From the NCBI GenBank assembly GCA_002423395.1, contig DIVZ01000007.1, positions 26,110 to 90,109 of the forward strand: a stretch of 64,000 nucleotides of DNA. Reading direction: 5' to 3'. Under the pieces are notes generated by a model. The model had not been told where the DNA came from and ran no database searches. It saw only the letters and a program-made list of their open reading frames with translations. Every line of letters begins with the position of its first letter. The stretch's first letter is position 1. The stretch is from Eubacteriaceae bacterium UBA6119 (GTDB taxonomy: Bacteria; Bacillota; Clostridia; Eubacteriales; UBA1433). Shown in pieces: positions 58,490-64,000 of this stretch. Made by a program: the position numbers and the translations under genes.

Positions 58490-61400
58490 ATGTCACAAGT
58501 AAAAAGAATTTTTGTAGAAAAAAAACTTGAGTATAATATTGACGGAAAATCGTACTATACTGCTATAAAAAATCATTTAAAAATAGAAAATTTAACCGGT
58601 TTGAGGGTATTAAACCGATACGATATACAAGGACTTACGGAAAAGCAGTTGCAGGAAGTGCTGTATACAGTTTTTGCGGAAGCGAATACTGATATTGTTT
58701 ATAAGGAAGAAATAAAAACAGACTTCAAAGATACTGTCTTTGTTGTATCATACCTTCCGGGTCAATACAACCAGCGAGCAGACTCAGCCATACAATGCGT
58801 GCAAATTATAACTAGAGCAGAAAAACTGGAAATAAAAAATGCACGTGTTTTTATTTTGTCGGGAAATTTAACGCAGGATGATGTAAGCCGTATAAAAGCC
58901 TATATCATAAATCCCGTTGACAGTATGGAAGCTGCTATTGAAAAACCTCAAACGCTTACGGATAAAATTGAAAAGCCCAAAATGGTTAAAACCATAGCGG
59001 GATTTATAAAGAAAAACAATGCAGAATTAAAAGCGCTTATTGACGAGCTGGGGCTTGCTATGAGCGTTGAAGATATTATATTAATAAAAGAATATTTCTT
59101 AACTGAAAAAAGAAATCCCACTATTACAGAATTAAAAGTTTTAGACACATACTGGTCAGACCATTGCAGACATACTACATTTAATACGCATATAAAAAAT
59201 GTGCAGATTAACAAAGGAAATATAAACAAAGCTGTATTAGAGGCATTTGAACAGTATTTAAATGTGAGAGAAGAACTGTATAAAGAAAAAACAAAACCGA
59301 TATCGCTTATGGATATTGCTACAATTTATTCGAAAAAAGCTAAAAAAGACGGTTTGCTTGACGATATTGAAGAATCAGATGAAATAAACGCTTGCAGTAT
59401 AAGAACAAAAGCCGATATCAACGGAGAGATTGAAGACTGGCTTGTTATGTTTAAAAATGAGACGCATAATCATCCGACTGAAATTGAGCCTTACGGCGGA
59501 GCGGCGACGTGTCTGGGAGGCGCAATAAGAGACCCGCTGTCGGGAAGAAGCTATGTGTATCAGTCGATGAGAGTAACAGGCTCGGGCGACTGCACGCAGG
59601 ATGTAGAGAAGACGATAAAAGGCAAACTGCCGCAGGTGAAAATAACATCGGAAGCTGCAAAAGGGTTTTCCGGTTACGGTAATCAGATAGGGCTTTGCAC
59701 CGGACAGGTAGCCGAATATTACCACGAAGGCTTTTTGGCGAAGCGAATGGAAGTCGGCGCGGTAATTGGCGCGGCAAAAGCGGAAAACGTAGCCAGGCTT
59801 AAACCCGCAGAAGGCGATATAATAATTCTTCTGGGCGGAAGAACAGGGCGCGACGGGATAGGCGGAGCTGTAGGCAGCTCAAAGGCGCATAACGATTTAT
59901 CTGTTCAGAAGAGCGGTTCGGAAGTGCAAAAGGGAAATCCCGTAGAAGAGCGAAAACTGCAAAGACTGTTCAGAAACCCGAAAGCCGCTCAGATAATAAA
60001 AAAATGCAATGACTTCGGCGCGGGCGGAGTATCGGTCGCCATAGGGGAGCTTGCTGACAGCCTTGATATATATCTTGACAAAGTGCCTAAAAAATACGAA
60101 GGGCTTGACGGCACTGAACTTTCGATAAGCGAATCGCAGGAACGCATGGCAGTGCTTATCGATAAAAAACACAAACAGCAATTTATGGAACTTGCGAGCG
60201 AAGAAAATATTGAGGCGACAATTGTAGCGGATGTCACCGACTCGGGGCGTCTTAAAATGTATTGGCGCGAAAATGAAATAGTCAATTTAAGCAGAGAATT
60301 TCTTGATACAAACGGAGCGTACCGTGAAATTGACATATATATAGACGAGCCCCAGAAAGTATCTTATTTTGACACATATGAAGGTAATGAAGATATAAAA
60401 AGCGAAATATGCAAGTTGTTAAGCGATATAAACTCAGCCTGTGATAAAGGGCTTGTCGAACAATTTGACGGCACAATAGGCGCGTCAAATATTCTGTTTC
60501 CTTACGGAGGAAAATATCAGTTAACGCCTGTTGACGGAATGGCGTCAAAACTGCCGGTATACGACACAAATACAGCTACAGTAATGACGCACGGCTACAA
60601 CCCGTACCTCACAGAACAGAGCCTGTTTCACGGCGGCGTATACAGCGTTATACTTGCGCTGTCAAAAATGACTGCAATGGGTGCGGACTTTAGAAAAGCA
60701 AGGCTGAGCATGCAGGAATATTTTGAAAAGCTGCTGAGCGACTCTGCAAAATGGGCAAAACCGTTTGCGGCGCTGCTTGGCGCGTTTGAAGCTCAAAATA
60801 ATATGCAGACTCCGGCAATCGGAGGTAAAGACAGCATGTCGGGAACATTTAACGAGCTTAATGTGCCACCGAATATTATCTGTTTTGCGGTGTCTGTGTG
60901 CGACGCGGAGAACATTATCTCACCCGAAATTAAAAATACAGACAGTAAAATATTAATGCTTAATCTTAAAAAAGATGAAAATTATCTTATGGACTACAAA
61001 TACGCTCAAACAATGTTTGACAAAGTGCATACGCTTATCAAAGACAAGAAAATCTTATCGGCTAAAACAGTATCAATGGAAAAACCTGTCGCCGCGCTTA
61101 TAAAAATGGGATTTGGCAATAAAATAGGAATTAATATAACCGACGACAGAAAAACGCTGTTTACAAATTCCGACGGTGACATAATTATAGAAATAAAAGA
61201 CTCCGCCGCAGTTGAAGATATGCTAAAAACAAGCGGCATAAAATATACTGAAATTGCTAAAACATGCAAAGATGAAGTTATAAAGATAGAAAATGAAATG
61301 CTTGCATACGATGAATTAATTGATGTATGGACAGGCAAATTGAATAAAGTTTTTCCTATAAAAGCAAAATATGAAGATGTTAAAATACCTCAAATTCATT

Positions 61401-62239
61401 ATGAAGCTAAATCATATAAAAACTGCAATATAAAAACTGCAAAGCCGGTTGTGTTTATACCGACTTTCCCGGGTACAAACTGTGAGTACGACACAGCTAA
61501 GGCTTTCGAAAACGCGGGAGCGAAACCCGAGGTATTTGTATTTAAGAACCTTACAACATCCGATATAAATTACAGCATTGAAAAAATGGCTGAACATATA
61601 AAAAAAGCAAATATAGTAGCGCTGCCGGGAGGATTTTCGGCAGGGGATGAACCTGACGGCAGCGGCAAGTTTATTGTTTCGGTGTTTAAAAACGAACTTA
61701 TTAAAAAAGAAGTGCATGCGTTACTAGATAACAGAGACGGGCTGATGCTGGGCATATGCAACGGATTCCAGGCGCTTATAAAACTAGGACTTCTGCCATA
61801 CGGTAGGATAACGGATATAACGCAAGAAAGTCCTACGCTCACATTTAATACGATAGGCAGACATATATCCAAAATATCAATGGTCAGAGTAAGGTCAAAC
61901 ATGTCTGTATGGCTAAAAAATGCGGATATGAACACAACTTACAACAACGTGCTGTCTCACGGCGAAGGCAGATTTGTTGCGGATGAGGAAACTTTAAAAG
62001 CATTAAAAGAAAATAATCAGATTGCGCTTGCGTATGTTGACCATAACGGCATATCGGTAAACGACAGCGAGTACAACCCTAACGGATCGGCATGGGCAAT
62101 AGAAGGAATAACGAGTCCTGACGGCAGAATACTTGGCAAGATGGGGCATACTGAAAGAGCCGGAAAATATTTATATAAAAACATACCGGGAGAATTCGAT
62201 TTAAAATTGTTTGCCTCTGCTGTTGAATATTTTAAATAA
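58490..62239 (+). CDS. purL: phosphoribosylformylglycinamidine (FGAM) synthase, single-chain large form (PurL with fused PurS-like N-terminus and PurQ glutaminase)
   Basis: 1249 aa with ETHNHPTEIEPYGGAATCLGGAIRD and AIGGKDSMSG in the synthetase part, and a C-terminal class I amidotransferase (GICNGFQAL, HGEGRF). Confidence 0.93.
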   Translation: MSQVKRIFVEKKLEYNIDGKSYYTAIKNHLKIENLTGLRVLNRYDIQGLTEKQLQEVLYTVFAEANTDIVYKEEIKTDFKDTVFVVSYLPGQYNQRADSAIQCVQIITRAEKLEIKNARVFILSGNLTQDDVSRIKAYIINPVDSMEAAIEKPQTLTDKIEKPKMVKTIAGFIKKNNAELKALIDELGLAMSVEDIILIKEYFLTEKRNPTITELKVLDTYWSDHCRHTTFNTHIKNVQINKGNINKAVLEAFEQYLNVREELYKEKTKPISLMDIATIYSKKAKKDGLLDDIEESDEINACSIRTKADINGEIEDWLVMFKNETHNHPTEIEPYGGAATCLGGAIRDPLSGRSYVYQSMRVTGSGDCTQDVEKTIKGKLPQVKITSEAAKGFSGYGNQIGLCTGQVAEYYHEGFLAKRMEVGAVIGAAKAENVARLKPAEGDIIILLGGRTGRDGIGGAVGSSKAHNDLSVQKSGSEVQKGNPVEERKLQRLFRNPKAAQIIKKCNDFGAGGVSVAIGELADSLDIYLDKVPKKYEGLDGTELSISESQERMAVLIDKKHKQQFMELASEENIEATIVADVTDSGRLKMYWRENEIVNLSREFLDTNGAYREIDIYIDEPQKVSYFDTYEGNEDIKSEICKLLSDINSACDKGLVEQFDGTIGASNILFPYGGKYQLTPVDGMASKLPVYDTNTATVMTHGYNPYLTEQSLFHGGVYSVILALSKMTAMGADFRKARLSMQEYFEKLLSDSAKWAKPFAALLGAFEAQNNMQTPAIGGKDSMSGTFNELNVPPNIICFAVSVCDAENIISPEIKNTDSKILMLNLKKDENYLMDYKYAQTMFDKVHTLIKDKKILSAKTVSMEKPVAALIKMGFGNKIGINITDDRKTLFTNSDGDIIIEIKDSAAVEDMLKTSGIKYTEIAKTCKDEVIKIENEMLAYDELIDVWTGKLNKVFPIKAKYEDVKIPQIHYEAKSYKNCNIKTAKPVVFIPTFPGTNCEYDTAKAFENAGAKPEVFVFKNLTTSDINYSIEKMAEHIKKANIVALPGGFSAGDEPDGSGKFIVSVFKNELIKKEVHALLDNRDGLMLGICNGFQALIKLGLLPYGRITDITQESPTLTFNTIGRHISKISMVRVRSNMSVWLKNADMNTTYNNVLSHGEGRFVADEETLKALKENNQIALAYVDHNGISVNDSEYNPNGSAWAIEGITSPDGRILGKMGHTERAGKYLYKNIPGEFDLKLFASAVEYFK

Positions 62240-62253
62240 GGAGATAATACTTT

Positions 62254-62745
62254 ATGAAAAAAGTCGCTTTAATAATGGGCAGCAAGTCTGATTTAAGCAT
62301 TGTAGCAAAATCTAAAGATATATTGGAAGCATTTGGAATAGAAGTAGATTTAAGGGTAATATCCGCGCATAGGACTCCTTATGAAGCGGTTGGGTATGCA
62401 CAGGATGCGCACAAAAACGGTATTGAAGTAATAATAGCCGCCGCAGGCAAAGCTGCTCACCTTGCGGGGGTGCTGGCGGGAGTTACTCATCTTCCTGTTA
62501 TAGGAATACCTATAAAAAGTTCATTCTGTGACGGGCTTGATTCGCTGTTATCCGTTGTGCAGATGCCAAAAGGCGTGCCGGTTGCGTGCGTTGCCGTAGA
62601 CGGAGCGGAAAATGCGGCATACCTTGCGATTCAGATACTTTCACTTAAATATGAAGATTTAATGCAGAAATTTATTGAACATAAAGAATATATGAAAATT
62701 GATGTAGCTAAGCAAGATATGGAGGTTAGGCAAGTAAATGAATAA
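62254..62745 (+). CDS. purE: 5-(carboxyamino)imidazole ribonucleotide mutase PurE
   Basis: 163 aa with ALIMGSKSDL, SAHRTP and GAAHLAGV-like motifs. Confidence 0.95.
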   Translation: MKKVALIMGSKSDLSIVAKSKDILEAFGIEVDLRVISAHRTPYEAVGYAQDAHKNGIEVIIAAAGKAAHLAGVLAGVTHLPVIGIPIKSSFCDGLDSLLSVVQMPKGVPVACVAVDGAENAAYLAIQILSLKYEDLMQKFIEHKEYMKIDVAKQDMEVRQVNE

Positions 62746-63448
62746 ATTAGAAATGCTTTACGAAGGCAAAGCGAAAAAAGTTTTTAAAACAGAAAATCCC
62801 GATATATACATCATTGAGTACAAAGACGACGCGACTGCGTTTAACGCTTTGAAAAAAGGCACGATTGTCGGAAAAGGCGTTGTGAACAACAAAATGAGCG
62901 CGATTATTTTTGAACTGCTTAAAAATGAAGGAATACCCACTCATTTTGTAAAAATGCTTTCGGATACTGAACAGGAAGTAAAAGCCGTGAAAATTGTTCC
63001 GCTTGAAGTTATTATCCGTAACGTAGCAGCAGGAAGTTTTTCAAAAAGGCTGGGTGTTGAAGAAGGATCGGCTCTTAAAAACGTTATATTTGAAATATGC
63101 TATAAAAACGACGAATACGGAGATCCGTTAATAAATGATTACCACGCAACGGCATTGGGGCTTGCTACCAGCGAAGAGCTTGAGATAATGAGAAAATATT
63201 CTTTTAAGATAAATGATATATTAATTAAGTTCTTTTCCGAAAGGGGAATGAGACTGATTGACTTTAAAATAGAATTCGGAAGATATAACGGATGCATTGT
63301 CCTTGCTGATGAGATATCGCCCGATACTTGCAGACTTTGGGAAATAGGCACTGACAGGAAAATGGACAAAGACCGCTTCAGACGTGATCTTGGTAATATT
63401 GAAGAAACATATAAAGAAGTTTTAGACAGAGTACAAATGAAGAAATAA
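62738..63448 (+). CDS. purC: phosphoribosylaminoimidazole-succinocarboxamide (SAICAR) synthase PurC
   Basis: 236 aa with LYEGKAKKVF, the PLEVIIRN motif, and LADEISPDTCRLW. Confidence 0.95.
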   Translation: MNKLEMLYEGKAKKVFKTENPDIYIIEYKDDATAFNALKKGTIVGKGVVNNKMSAIIFELLKNEGIPTHFVKMLSDTEQEVKAVKIVPLEVIIRNVAAGSFSKRLGVEEGSALKNVIFEICYKNDEYGDPLINDYHATALGLATSEELEIMRKYSFKINDILIKFFSERGMRLIDFKIEFGRYNGCIVLADEISPDTCRLWEIGTDRKMDKDRFRRDLGNIEETYKEVLDRVQMKK

Positions 63449-63460
63449 TAAGAGGTTATA

Positions 63461-64000
63461 ATGGAAATTTTTATGGATAAGTTCCACGAAGAGTGCGGGG
63501 TTGTGGGTATTTACAAAAAAGACAAAAAAGACGCTGCCAAGTTTGCTTATTACTGCCTGTTCGCGCTTCAGCACAGAGGACAGGAAAGCGCAGGCATTGC
63601 AGCAAACGAAGACGGAGTGATAAACAACAAAAAAGGAATGGGGCTATTAAGCGAAGTATTCTCAAACGGCAACGGAGTAGACTGTCTTAAAGGACATATT
63701 GCAATAGGACAGGTAAGATACACCACCGCAGGCGGAAGCAATATTAAAAATGCTCAGCCGTTTGACGTGTTATATAAAGGGATGCAGATAGCGCTTGCGC
63801 ATAACGGCAATATTGTAAATGTAAAAAACATAAAAGGAATACTGGAAGACAGCGGAGTTGTGTTTAACACTACATCCGATACGGAACTTATACTTAATTT
63901 ATTTGCAAGGAACATAAAATACGGCGAAGTTTTCGCGATAAAAGAACTGTGTCAGCTTATAAGCGGTTCGTACGCTCTTACAATAACTTTGGGCAACAAA
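63461..64000 (+). CDS. purF: amidophosphoribosyltransferase PurF, N-terminal part (runs off the window end)
   Basis: Not in the ORF track because it is open-ended. Own translation from ATG 63461, 6 nt after AAGAGG: MEIFMDKFHEECGVVGIYKKDKKDAAKFAYYCLFALQHRGQESAGIA...GHIAIGQVRYTTAGG. It contains the Ntn-amidotransferase CGV motif and the LQHRGQESAGI block. Confidence 0.9.
   Translation, partial: MEIFMDKFHEECGVVGIYKKDKKDAAKFAYYCLFALQHRGQESAGIAANEDGVINNKKGMGLLSEVFSNGNGVDCLKGHIAIGQVRYTTAGGSNIKNAQPFDVLYKGMQIALAHNGNIVNVKNIKGILEDSGVVFNTTSDTELILNLFARNIKYGEVFAIKELCQLISGSYALTITLGNK

Noticed and set aside
59375-60569. Cluster of R/C-rich antisense and out-of-frame ORFs inside purL, which might hint at foreign, higher-GC DNA.
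   Set aside because: purL reads through continuously with conserved motifs. The locally higher GC of a conserved enzyme core explains the open alternative frames, so there is no independent sign of horizontal transfer.
1-64000. Scan for tRNA/rRNA genes, CRISPR arrays, IS elements, integrases, prophage or defence-system signatures (restriction-modification, Abi, CBASS, retron-like).
   Set aside because: All intergenic regions are short (at most about 310 nt) and are explained by promoters, terminators or sORFs. No ORF shows transposase, recombinase, nuclease-NTPase or other defence-type motifs. The window is essentially core chromosome.

Overview
AT-rich chromosomal segment from a spore-forming, low-GC Firmicute with Clostridia-like gene order. 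I count about 75 protein genes. Almost all are conserved housekeeping loci in classic Firmicute synteny:
- trkA-trkH, SPFH/NfeD, spoIIP, rpsT
- rny-ymdB-spoVS, queG-gltX, yggS(ylmE)-sepF-ylmH-rluD
- ktrA-ktrB, rqcH, dapF
- yicC-remA-gmk-rpoZ-priA-def-fmt-Zn peptidase-rsmB-rlmN-stp-prkC-rsgA-thiN
- rpmB, asp23-yloV-recG-rsmD-coaD, ylbJ, tmcAL, ackA
- yceD-rpmF, plsX-acpP-rnc-smc-ftsY, minD-minE, and purL-purE-purC-purF (purF runs off the window end)

I found no rRNA, tRNA, CRISPR array, transposase/integrase, prophage or recognisable defence or toxin-antitoxin module. Several near-consensus sigma-A promoters and intrinsic terminators can be read directly.

The only accessory-looking stretch is about 10.6-14.6 kb, a block of uncharacterised genes. 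Its most interesting part is a tandem family of three small Cys/Asp-rich proteins with duplicated short hydrophobic modules. Two of them are below the ORF-track size cutoff, and they show an all-synonymous substitution pattern between copies.

I do not see convincing evidence for a large novel multi-gene system. The remaining findings are modest: domain fusions, synteny breaks and an atypical HPr. All functional calls rest on motif and architecture recognition by eye, not on database searches.
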